Source of the DNA: Thecamonas trahens ATCC 50062
Lineage: Eukaryota > Protista > Apusomonadida
NCBI RefSeq assembly: GCF_000142905.1
Contig: NW_013657642.1
Span: 255,851-319,850 of the forward strand
DNA length: 64,000 nucleotides
Reading direction: 5' to 3'
Part shown: positions 50,206-59,426 of the stretch, one piece after another
Layout: every line of letters begins with the position of its first letter
Numbering within the stretch: the stretch's first letter is position 1
Notes under the pieces: model-generated
The model's database searches: none
What the model was told of the DNA's origin: nothing
The model's input: the letters and a program-made list of their open reading frames with translations, nothing else
Program-made: the position numbers and the translations under genes

Positions 50206-53200
50206 ATGTCCTCACAAGAGTATGTGGACAATGTGTTGAAGCAGTTTGAAGGGCTCATTGTGCAGAGGAGGGCCATGCAAAGGAGGGCTGCCCTCCAGTT
50301 CACCAACGAGTCTGGAGAGAGGGAGACCAGCTCAGTTGGAGGCACAGCTCCTAGCACGCCACCATCATCATCATCATCACCATCGACAGCAGCAACAGCA
50401 GCAGCAGTAGCAAAAACAACAGCAGCAGCTCCAACAACAACAAGTCCTGAAGGTGGTCCAGGTGGATCTGGTTCAAGTACTCCAGTTTCTTCGGCTGAGA
50501 AGCGCAAGGTGGGCCTCTCGGCTGCGTCGGGCTCGCCAACTGGTGCTGGTCTCGATGATGGGCACGGGGGTGGTGAGGTGGTGAAAAAGTCGGAGGCGGA
50601 GGCTGCGGCAGATGTGCGCAAGTCGCTGCGGACTATTTCGCGCGGTATTGCCCTCTTTGCGGCTGGTCATGTCGAGGCCATCGCCACGTTCCTGATGGGA
50701 GTGGCGGCCAAGTACCCGTCCGAGGTCTCGGACAACGTGTCGATGCCGACCAAGGAAGATCGGCCAGATGACATTGACGACCGGTCCGACGACGATTCGG
50801 TCGAGTATGCGGTCCTTCGGTCGCTTGTGGGCGTGGTTCGCCGAGTTAACGCCGCGGGCGAGGCGGCGTCGGCGGCGATTCCAGACGCGCTCTTCAACTT
50901 TGCCTTCAAGTACTTGTTCTTTGCGTACACGCCCGCCATTCAGCATCAGGCGCGACTTGCGTTACAGGCGCTCTCCAAGTACCGGCTCAACGACGTGGTG
51001 GCGCTCTTTCTCAGCAAGATGGGCGAGGTGAAGAAAGATGCGGCCGAGCGCGAGTTTGTGCCCTACATGCGCTCGCTCGGCTTGCTCCACTTTGCGCTCA
51101 CCTCGCAGGCGTCGATCGGCTCGTCAGTCCACTTTCTGGGCGTGCTCGCGCCGTTCCTCAAGGCACGCAAGCGGGGTGTGCTCAAGAAGGAGACATGCCA
51201 CACGCTGCAGTCGATTGTGCGGGCGGCTCTCGCGCGGCCAGACGCTCCAGGCGCGCTGCTGTCGACGACTGAGGCGTCGGTGGCGACGCTCTCGTTTGTG
51301 GAAAACTTTGGCGGCAAGATCCGGTTCACTAGCGAGGGCCTTGCGACGCGGGCGGCGTTCCTTGGCTCGGCCGAGACGGCCAAGCCATTCTGGACCTGCT
51401 ACGAGGCCATCATCGAGGTTGTGCTCAAGTGGCTCAAGACCAAGAAGCACATCAGTTTTGTTCTCCCGCTCCTCACCACCCTCGTCAACTTTGCGTCGCC
51501 GGCGCTCTGGCTGGCATACTCGGGCGCGCTGGTCAAGGCGCTGGTGGCCCACGCCAAGGACAAGTCGCTCCGCCCGCTTGTCCTTGAGCTGGCATGCCTG
51601 TTTGTGGAAGAGCGGAGGCCGGAACTGTCGGATGAGCCGCTGCGCAACGAGTTTGCCAACCACGTCCACACCCTCGCTGCGGCGCTCTTTGCCAAAAAGG
51701 CGTCGGTCAAGGGTACCGAGGGCCTGCTGGAGCGGTTCCTGGTCGGCGTCGGTGCGGTGTCGATCAAGCTCGGGCTCGCGCTGGTCATCTCGATGTGCTC
51801 GGCGCCGTCGACGTCGGCCAACTACTCGAACGACCAAAAGGCGGTGGCCATGTCGTCGCTCCACCTTTTGGCCAAGGAGCACGGGCCTGAGGCTGCGCAC
51901 GCGGTTTCGCTCGCGTCGCCATCGCTCATCGGGTTTTGCGACACGGTCCTCTCGGCGTCCAACATCGAGGCCAAGGACTACCCGCTGCTTGCGGCGGTCA
52001 TCGGGGCCATGCCTGCGGTGTCCGAGTCGGATCCGCTCCGGCAGCGCGACCTTGTGCGGCGGATTGCGTACCTGACGACTCACCCGAATCGGCAAGTTTC
52101 CGCGGCGGCGGTGCTCTCTGTCCAGGCGCACATGCTGCTCTCGCCGGGCGACTTTGCGTTTGTCATCCTCTCGGCGCTTACCATCATCCTCACCGATTTT
52201 GACAAGCTTGTCGAGGAGTCGCTCCTTCGCGCCTTCCAGAACCTCAACCTCCTTCTTGACACGCTCTCGGAGATTCTCGAAGCCAAGGGCACTGCGGTGC
52301 TTGCGCAGGCGCTGAGCTCGACGGACGTGGCCAAGCTGCGGTCGTCGATGGAGGGTGTGGTCCTCATTTGGTTCACCCACCACGAGCACTGGGTCCGGTC
52401 CGAGGTGGCGCGACTGCTGGTGACGCTCTCGCGGCCGGCGTTCCGCGAACTGGAGGCCGCGCTTGACCTCTCCGAGCACGCATGGCTTGTCGACACGCTG
52501 GAGATCCCGCCGTTGGAGGTTGCTGCCGACCAGGCGCCGTGGGTGACCGCTCTCCGTGACTTGCTCGCACACGCGTGGTTTGCGCACGCCGATGCCATCG
52601 CATTCGGCTGGTCCAAGCTTGTGGCGCTTTCGTGGGACCTTGCGCCAGACGCGGTGCTGGTTAAGCAGCCCAGGGTTCTGCAGGCGGCGCTTCCGATGTG
52701 GTCGTCGCATGTGCGCTGGCTCTGCGCTGGGGTGCGCTCTGCAGCCGGGGCCGACGCGCTTCGCAATGCGCCGTCGCTGCAGCACTCCCACTCGTCGTCG
52801 TCGCTGTCTGCAGCCATGGCTGCGGCACGGTCCGAAGGTGCAGCAGGAGGCGAAGGCGGCATGCACGGCTTTGACATTCTCTCGCCGGTCCTCATCTCCG
52901 AGTTTCTTACTATTGTGGCGGAGCGTGTGTTCTCGCCCGTCGACGCGGTCGTCGACATTCTCCTCGATGCTGCCGAACACCTGCATATTTCGACGCACGG
53001 CGAGCTGCTGAGCCGGATGGAGACCCATCTGAAGGCGAGTCTGGTCAAAGACAAGGCGCGGGCCAAGGCGTTGCGGCTTGGCACGCCGGACGCCGAAGTT
53101 CCTGTTCTTGGTGCGGACGAGCGGTCGCTGAGGCTCATAGCGGCGCTCTCACGGGCGCTTGTGAAGCGGCCGGAGCTGTACCTCTCGTCGCCGCTCTCGC

Positions 53201-56200
53201 TTGCGGTGAGCTCGTTTGTTTCAGGCTGGTTTGCCAACGCGCACCAGTGGACGGCGGAGAGCACGCCGATCAGCCTGCGGATCCAGGTGGCGGCGGTCCT
53301 CTCTCGGCACCTGCAGTTTGCGCTTGTCGACACCGAGCCGCGGGTGGTGTTCAACTTTCTGCGGGCGCTGCTGACGCCGCTCGGCTCGGCGCGGGCGCAG
53401 GAAGTGGCGTCGAACGTAGAGCTCGAGAGTCATGTGATGGCGGGGATGAGCGCGCTGGTCATGTCTGCGCGCGATGGGCTGGAGCCGTCACTGGAGCAGG
53501 AGGTACTTGCTGAGCTTTCGCTGGCGGGCATGCGAGGCGAGCACGTGCACGGCTACGCGGTGGGCGCGCTCGCAGAGCTGCTGGTCAACAACGCCGAGCT
53601 GCTTGGCTACTACGTGCTCAACTGCTACGAGACGCGCGAGGTGCCCATGGACGGTCCAGATGGGAAGGAACTCTTCCTAGCGTTTCCGGAGAACAAGGAT
53701 CTGTTCCTACAGGTTGTGACAGCAGAGATCATTGACCGTGACCGGCTCGACGTCCACCTCAACAACCGGTCGCCGCTCGGGCGGTTCGTCTACCTCGCCT
53801 TTGTGGCGCTGTGCTCGGGTTCGGAGCGGGCCCGTGTGCTCGGGCTCAAGCTTGCGTCTGGCCTCGCGCGGTCGCCGGTGGCGCAGCTGGAGGTCGGCAC
53901 ACACCTGCCTGTCATTTCCAACTCGAACGCGTCGACGTACATCGGGGTGGCGGTGGCGTACTCTAAGGCGCTTGCGGAGCGATACCCGTGGCTCACGCTC
54001 GAGCTTTTTGGCCAAGCGGTGCAGTATCTCAACTTGTGGACGTACGAGGAGCTGCTGAACGCGCTGCAGCTGCTCGCACCGTGGGCGCACCACCTCGGGA
54101 CCCTGGCGGCGACGTCGGACACCGAGGCGTGGAAGCCGGAGCCTGGCAGTGCGTGGACGCGACCGCCGGACGGGGCGGTAGTGGTGGCCCGGAACGCGGG
54201 CTCGATCTCCGACTCTGTGCAGATGCTGCTCTCGTCGATGTTTGAGCTGACCAAGGCTGCCGTCAAGGGCACGCCGCCGCTGCTTCCGGTCATCGAGCGG
54301 GTGTGGTCGCTTGCGCTCCGTGGGATGGAGCGGTGGGTGCTGGAGAATGTCATGGATGAGGTGGTGACGTTCTTGTTCTCGCGGTATGAGGCATCGCTGG
54401 AGGCGCGGCAGATGGAGCTGAAGGACGACCAACGGGTAGCGACGTACGTGACGGTGGTGCTCTCGCGAACACACGCGGTGGAAGCGCTCTCGCGGAGCTT
54501 GATGCGGTTCTTCTCACGGCACACGTTTGCCATCGAACTTGACGGCAACGCGTACGTGGCGCACGTCCAACCACTGCTGGAGGGAAGTGCTGTTGTTGGT
54601 GGCGGGGCAGCGCTCTCGCGGAAGCAGCAGTTTGCGCTCTTTGCGTTGCTGGAAGAGACCATCTTTGAGCAGGCGCTGCGGTTCCTGCCTCACCTGCCAC
54701 ACCTGCTCCAGCTTGCGTTGGTGGTGTACGGAACGGAGCGGCCCGAGTGCGAGGTGTTTGTTCGCAACGTGGTGCACTCGCTTGGCATCTGCCACGCAGT
54801 CTCCACGCTGCAGTTTGAGGCCGGCGCGACGCTGTTTGAGCAGATGCGCGGCGTGGCCGGACTGGGCGTGGCGCAGCTGTCGAACGGGACCGGGCGAGTC
54901 GACGAGTCGACGTCGAGCACGGTGCTTGAGCTTGTGCGGGTGCTCAACGGGCGCGACGCCAAGTTTCAGGATGCGTGGGCCGGAGTTGCCCTTCAGTGGG
55001 GGACACAGGAGGCCGACGAGAAGCTCGCGGTCGGATCGCTGGCGCTGTACTCGATCATTGTGCGGCATCTCGACGAGCGGGTGGTGGTCAATCTGGGGCT
55101 CAACTCGATGCTTGCGCTACGGTTTGGCCAGTTTGCGCGCGTCGACGCAGTGTGCCGGCTGCTGGCCAAGGTTGTGCGCGACGAAGGTGCGTCGGATGGA
55201 CTGGTCAATATGGCACTCGATGTGGCGGCCATTCTCGTCCGCTCACCGGTGGTGAGCAACTACGCGTCGGCGATGTTGATTCTGTCGACGGGCGTGGAGC
55301 TGTACGGCGCGGAGCGAGTCATTCCGCGGTTTGCGGCCATCTGGCACGATGCGGAGCTCGGAGACGACTCGACGCTTGCGCGCGCGCTGTTCCTGGGGCT
55401 GACGGCGGACACGACGGCAGTGGAGGCCTTTGCGTTCTTCGAGATTGTGGCCATCCAGCACGCCGGCACGCTGGTCAACGACAACTCGCTAGTGGTGACG
55501 GTCCTTGTGCTCCACGCCCTTGCGCTGCTGCTTGCGCGGCCAGAGGCCAGTGACGACGGCAGCAGCGAAGGCCTAGAGCGCAATGGCAGCTCGGGCTCTG
55601 TGAGCGGGGCGGGCGAGGGCGGCAAGGCGATGGCCGGGCCGGCGACGCGGTTTGTGAATTTCGTCGACGCGTTTGTGGAGGCGCAGGGCGAGGCACAGGC
55701 CGAGTCGCGCGGCGTCCTGCTGCAGATGAAGGCGCTTGTGTGCGAGGTGTGGCGAGAGGAGGCAGCGGCGGGCGGCGGCGGGAAGCACGTGCTCGCGCTA
55801 TCTGACGACGTGGAGGACGACGAGCAGCTGGTGGCGGCCGAGGTGCGGGAGGCGTTCCTACCGCGGTTCTGCGAGCTGATGGTGGGTCTGTGCCCGTCGC
55901 AGGCGTCGTACGAGTTTGTGGTGGACTTGCTTGTGCGGCTGCTAGAGGGCGGCGAGCGGTCGTGGGTGGCGCGCGAGTGCCACGTGCTTGTGGGTCTGCT
56001 GCAGGCGTACGAGCACTTTGAGCTGCTGGCGGACCACTTTGAGCGGATGGCGTCGTTTGCAGTTGACGCGCTCTTTACCATGTCGGCGAGCGTGGTGGGT
56101 GAGCTTGTCGAGTACGTGCACTCGCGGGCGCCGGACGAGGTGTCAAGCGATGTGTTCCACTTTGAGTACGTGGCCGAGATGCACTCGTACCAGGCGCTGC

Positions 56201-57468
56201 ACGGGAGCGGACGAAGCGGGTTGAAGTTCTTCAAGCCGATGGCGGCTACGCGTGAACGCAACGCGCTGGTTACGGCAGCGGTGACCAAGCTCGGCCAGCT
56301 GTTCCGAACCCAGACCGACGGTCTTGCCTTTGACCGCCGAGTCCGCGGCAAAGCGTCGTCGGCGCGGATCCTTCCGTCGCGCCCGCGCAAGTCGTCGGTC
56401 TGGCTTCCGGAAGACGCCAAGGGCGGACTGGAGAATGGGAGGGGCGCTGGCGCTAGTAGTGGCGGCATCGAGCTGGCAGTCAAGCCGGTCCTCTCGGCGC
56501 ACGGCGAGGCTGTGCTGAGTGGCCTCCTCGAGACTGACAGTGAGCAAGCCGGAAGCCTCGGCGAGGCTGCAGCGGAGGTGATCTCGAGCTCTGCCGAGCT
56601 GAGTTTGATAGCGCAGGCGTCAGGGGCCGAAGTTGTGGAGCTGGAGTTGGATGTGGCCGAGGTTGAGGCCGAGATCAAGACTGAGGTTGAGGCCGAAGTC
56701 GAGGCCGATGACGAAGCTGAAGTTGAGGCCGAGATTGAGGCCGAGGACAAAGCTGAGGTTGAGGCCGAGGTCGAGGCCGAGGTCGAGGCTGAAGTCGAGG
56801 CCGAGGTTGAGGCCGAGGTCGAGGCTGAGGTCGAGGCTGAAACCCAGGCTTTGGTGCTGAATCTTCCGACCGAGACGGGCACCGACGGTGGCGATCAGGG
56901 CCAGCTCAACACGTCATCGATCTCGCTGGCTGGTGCCAACCGCACGTTTGACACCGATTCCGAGTCGTCGTCGGGAGGCAGCGAGGACGGAGCTGATGTC
57001 GCAGACGGCGGAGCAAGTTGTGACGGCGGGCAGAGCTCGTCAGGCGGCGAGCTGGCAACGATGGTTGTGCCAAATGAGGCTGATGCCGAGGTCGACATCG
57101 ACGAGAATGATCTGCTGATCGAGTCGTTCCTGCGCGGTGAGTATGGGGTTGGAGAGGGCGAGCTTCTTGCTGAAGAGGCAGAAGCCGAAGCCGAGGCCGA
57201 GGTCGAGACCATGGTCGCGCAGCCGAAGCCACTGCCGCCCAACCCGACAGTCGCGGAGACGCCGTCGCCAGGGAAGAAGCGGCCGCGGCCGATGCCACGC
57301 CCGCCGGGAAGCAAGTTGCCCGAGGTGGCGCCGCCGCCGGCGCCGGCCACCCCCGGGGCGGTGTCAGCGAGCTCAGGCTCGGGCTCGGACTCTGGAAGTG
57401 GGAGTGGATCGAGCTCGGGTAGTGGCTCGGACTCGTCGTCAGGAAGCTCAGACTCGTCGTCGTCTTAG
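50206..57468 (+). CDS. Furry/Tao3/Mor2-family HEAT-repeat cell-morphogenesis scaffold
   Basis: 2420-aa helical ORF. EYVDNVLKQF; YSKALAERYPWLTLELF..LQLLAPWAHHL; HLPHLLQLALV; WAGVALQWG..LAVGSLALYSII match Furry blocks as I recall them. Acidic (AEVE)n tail. Confidence 0.75.
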   Translation: MSSQEYVDNVLKQFEGLIVQRRAMQRRAALQFTNESGERETSSVGGTAPSTPPSSSSSPSTAATAAAVAKTTAAAPTTTSPEGGPGGSGSSTPVSSAEKRKVGLSAASGSPTGAGLDDGHGGGEVVKKSEAEAAADVRKSLRTISRGIALFAAGHVEAIATFLMGVAAKYPSEVSDNVSMPTKEDRPDDIDDRSDDDSVEYAVLRSLVGVVRRVNAAGEAASAAIPDALFNFAFKYLFFAYTPAIQHQARLALQALSKYRLNDVVALFLSKMGEVKKDAAEREFVPYMRSLGLLHFALTSQASIGSSVHFLGVLAPFLKARKRGVLKKETCHTLQSIVRAALARPDAPGALLSTTEASVATLSFVENFGGKIRFTSEGLATRAAFLGSAETAKPFWTCYEAIIEVVLKWLKTKKHISFVLPLLTTLVNFASPALWLAYSGALVKALVAHAKDKSLRPLVLELACLFVEERRPELSDEPLRNEFANHVHTLAAALFAKKASVKGTEGLLERFLVGVGAVSIKLGLALVISMCSAPSTSANYSNDQKAVAMSSLHLLAKEHGPEAAHAVSLASPSLIGFCDTVLSASNIEAKDYPLLAAVIGAMPAVSESDPLRQRDLVRRIAYLTTHPNRQVSAAAVLSVQAHMLLSPGDFAFVILSALTIILTDFDKLVEESLLRAFQNLNLLLDTLSEILEAKGTAVLAQALSSTDVAKLRSSMEGVVLIWFTHHEHWVRSEVARLLVTLSRPAFRELEAALDLSEHAWLVDTLEIPPLEVAADQAPWVTALRDLLAHAWFAHADAIAFGWSKLVALSWDLAPDAVLVKQPRVLQAALPMWSSHVRWLCAGVRSAAGADALRNAPSLQHSHSSSSLSAAMAAARSEGAAGGEGGMHGFDILSPVLISEFLTIVAERVFSPVDAVVDILLDAAEHLHISTHGELLSRMETHLKASLVKDKARAKALRLGTPDAEVPVLGADERSLRLIAALSRALVKRPELYLSSPLSLAVSSFVSGWFANAHQWTAESTPISLRIQVAAVLSRHLQFALVDTEPRVVFNFLRALLTPLGSARAQEVASNVELESHVMAGMSALVMSARDGLEPSLEQEVLAELSLAGMRGEHVHGYAVGALAELLVNNAELLGYYVLNCYETREVPMDGPDGKELFLAFPENKDLFLQVVTAEIIDRDRLDVHLNNRSPLGRFVYLAFVALCSGSERARVLGLKLASGLARSPVAQLEVGTHLPVISNSNASTYIGVAVAYSKALAERYPWLTLELFGQAVQYLNLWTYEELLNALQLLAPWAHHLGTLAATSDTEAWKPEPGSAWTRPPDGAVVVARNAGSISDSVQMLLSSMFELTKAAVKGTPPLLPVIERVWSLALRGMERWVLENVMDEVVTFLFSRYEASLEARQMELKDDQRVATYVTVVLSRTHAVEALSRSLMRFFSRHTFAIELDGNAYVAHVQPLLEGSAVVGGGAALSRKQQFALFALLEETIFEQALRFLPHLPHLLQLALVVYGTERPECEVFVRNVVHSLGICHAVSTLQFEAGATLFEQMRGVAGLGVAQLSNGTGRVDESTSSTVLELVRVLNGRDAKFQDAWAGVALQWGTQEADEKLAVGSLALYSIIVRHLDERVVVNLGLNSMLALRFGQFARVDAVCRLLAKVVRDEGASDGLVNMALDVAAILVRSPVVSNYASAMLILSTGVELYGAERVIPRFAAIWHDAELGDDSTLARALFLGLTADTTAVEAFAFFEIVAIQHAGTLVNDNSLVVTVLVLHALALLLARPEASDDGSSEGLERNGSSGSVSGAGEGGKAMAGPATRFVNFVDAFVEAQGEAQAESRGVLLQMKALVCEVWREEAAAGGGGKHVLALSDDVEDDEQLVAAEVREAFLPRFCELMVGLCPSQASYEFVVDLLVRLLEGGERSWVARECHVLVGLLQAYEHFELLADHFERMASFAVDALFTMSASVVGELVEYVHSRAPDEVSSDVFHFEYVAEMHSYQALHGSGRSGLKFFKPMAATRERNALVTAAVTKLGQLFRTQTDGLAFDRRVRGKASSARILPSRPRKSSVWLPEDAKGGLENGRGAGASSGGIELAVKPVLSAHGEAVLSGLLETDSEQAGSLGEAAAEVISSSAELSLIAQASGAEVVELELDVAEVEAEIKTEVEAEVEADDEAEVEAEIEAEDKAEVEAEVEAEVEAEVEAEVEAEVEAEVEAETQALVLNLPTETGTDGGDQGQLNTSSISLAGANRTFDTDSESSSGGSEDGADVADGGASCDGGQSSSGGELATMVVPNEADAEVDIDENDLLIESFLRGEYGVGEGELLAEEAEAEAEAEVETMVAQPKPLPPNPTVAETPSPGKKRPRPMPRPPGSKLPEVAPPPAPATPGAVSASSGSGSDSGSGSGSSSGSGSDSSSGSSDSSSS

Positions 57469-57506
57469 CTTTGTCTGTGCAGGGCGTGGTGTCGGTTCAT
57501 TCTGGC

Positions 57507-59000
57507 TCACGCTGTCGACGACGACGGCGATGACGTGTGAACATGCATGACGGCATGGAGAGAAGCTTCCCAGGCGATACGTTCCGAGACGGACGAGGCC
57601 TTAATGACGGTGGATTTCGCCGAGGTAAACCAACCACTCTCACGCTGGCGGAGCTCAAAGGCGCACTCGCCGGCCTTGGGGTGCGGGCCCGGGCGGAGCG
57701 TGTATGCTGGAAGGTAGAGCGAGAGCTCGGGAGCAAGGGTGGCGAGATCAGACGGGGTCTTGTCGGGCGGAAAGTGATGCAGGTAGCCGTAGCACGAGAG
57801 TACAAACAGGTGTGGCTTCCACGAAGTAAAGACGGTGCCGCGCTGGAGCGAGAGCATGCCGTGCTTGAGGATGTGCGGCGAGTTAAACTTGAGGTAGCGC
57901 GAGCCCTTGGTGACGTCGGGGACGGGCGGCTCGGTAAAGCTCTTCTTGGTAAAGGCGTTGACATCAGCCTGGCCGTTGATGGCGCGGGCGAGGGCCTTGG
58001 GCTCGGCTAGCGCGTCCGAAGCCTTGAGGTGGAGGACCTTGCGGGCGGTGGCCATGTCATCGAGGATGGTCTTGAGCGCCGCGCCGCGCTCGACCTCGAG
58101 CTCAGAGTACTTGACAAAGAGGGCGCCCATGGTGTGGCGGTAGGCCGACTCGGCCTTGCGGGCAGACCGAAGGCTCTGCTTGTACTCGTGCTGGGTGAGC
58201 CACGGATCGGCGGCCTTGGCGGCCTTGGCCGACGCTGATGCCTCGTCGCGGAATTGGGTGACCTTGGCGTGGCGGGCGTAGTGCGCATCGAGCGCAGCCC
58301 GGGCGTCACCGAGCTTGTTGGTTGCCGCCGCGATGGCCTTTCCGAGCTTGTTCGCGGTAGCAGCGGTCGATTTGGCCAGAGCTTTTGCACGCGGAATGAG
58401 CTCACTCGCCAGCAGCGCGGCGTACTCTTCGTACGCCGCCAGCGAGGTGAGATCGGCCGAGCCGAGGGCAGCCAAGGCGGCACCGATTGAGCCGAGATCT
58501 TCGATGCGAGCCGCTGCTGCCGCCGTCTCCTTCAGCATGTCAGCCATGGCACTCGCTCCAGCTGCATGCTTTTGAAGCAGTTCAACCAGGGCCTGAGAAG
58601 TGGCCACCGCACCACCAAGCCGTTGGATGAGCCGAGAACGATGCTTCTCTTCCCGATCCGCTTGTGCCACCGTCATCCGTGCCCGCGACTCTTCAAACTT
58701 TTCCAGCGCTGCGTGACCTCCACGAGCATCTGCCAGCCGCTTATGAACGTATGCCACATGGTCATTAGGCGGTGGCGCAGTAACGTCGACGGCTGTCCGT
58801 CCTGCCGATGATGATGATGACCTCGCCGCCCCAGCTGAGCTCGATGCTGCCGTCGCCTCACTCTCGCCCGTCTCACCCAAACTCGTTGTCGCCTTCTTGG
58901 TCGGGGAGAAGAGCTCGTCGTCACCGAGAGTGTCTGAGCTTGTCCCGGCTGCTGGGTCGAAGCCGAGCTCGGAGTCTTGGTCGTCGCTGTGAGCGGACAT
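57507..59000 (-). CDS. BAR plus PH protein, Slm1/Slm2-like
   Basis: Start MSAHSDD (ATG 59000). Helical BAR with DPWL..ELEVER; PH KHGMLSLQRGTVFTSWKPHLFVLSCYGYLHHF..PELSLYLP..ERIAWEASL. Confidence 0.75.
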   Translation of the reverse strand: MSAHSDDQDSELGFDPAAGTSSDTLGDDELFSPTKKATTSLGETGESEATAASSSAGAARSSSSSAGRTAVDVTAPPPNDHVAYVHKRLADARGGHAALEKFEESRARMTVAQADREEKHRSRLIQRLGGAVATSQALVELLQKHAAGASAMADMLKETAAAAARIEDLGSIGAALAALGSADLTSLAAYEEYAALLASELIPRAKALAKSTAATANKLGKAIAAATNKLGDARAALDAHYARHAKVTQFRDEASASAKAAKAADPWLTQHEYKQSLRSARKAESAYRHTMGALFVKYSELEVERGAALKTILDDMATARKVLHLKASDALAEPKALARAINGQADVNAFTKKSFTEPPVPDVTKGSRYLKFNSPHILKHGMLSLQRGTVFTSWKPHLFVLSCYGYLHHFPPDKTPSDLATLAPELSLYLPAYTLRPGPHPKAGECAFELRQRESGWFTSAKSTVIKASSVSERIAWEASLHAVMHVHTSSPSSSTA

Positions 59001-59426
59001 AGGTAGATGAGTGTGCGTGTGAGAACGTGGCAGTGGGTAGGTGACTGTCGGACAGGAATGATGGGGTGGGGGGTGGGGGGTGGGGCGACGGTAAAAATTG
59101 TTGACAGAAGGAGGATGAGGAATGAGACTGGCATGGGGAAGCGTGAGAGAGGGGGGAAGATGTAAGAGGTGGGGGGGAAGGGGAGGGGGGGGGGGGGGAG
59201 TTGGGAAGAGATGAAAGGGATCGGGGGTTGGGGATGGGTGGAGGTGATGTGATCGGGGGGGGGGAACTGTGTGCCGAGAAAAAGAACAGGAACCGCGGGA
59301 GAGTGGCCAGTGATGGCCGAGTGGCGGTGGTGCGGCGGGATCAGGCTGGCAGCAGAGCGGCGAGAGCCAGGTCGGGAGCTCGGGCACGGGCACGGTCGTA
59401 AGAACCACCACTCAACTCGGGGGGGC

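Noticed and set aside
59001-59426. Overlapping N-terminal extensions of the BAR-PH and PKD2 ORFs
   Set aside because: This is a poly-G divergent promoter region read through by chance.
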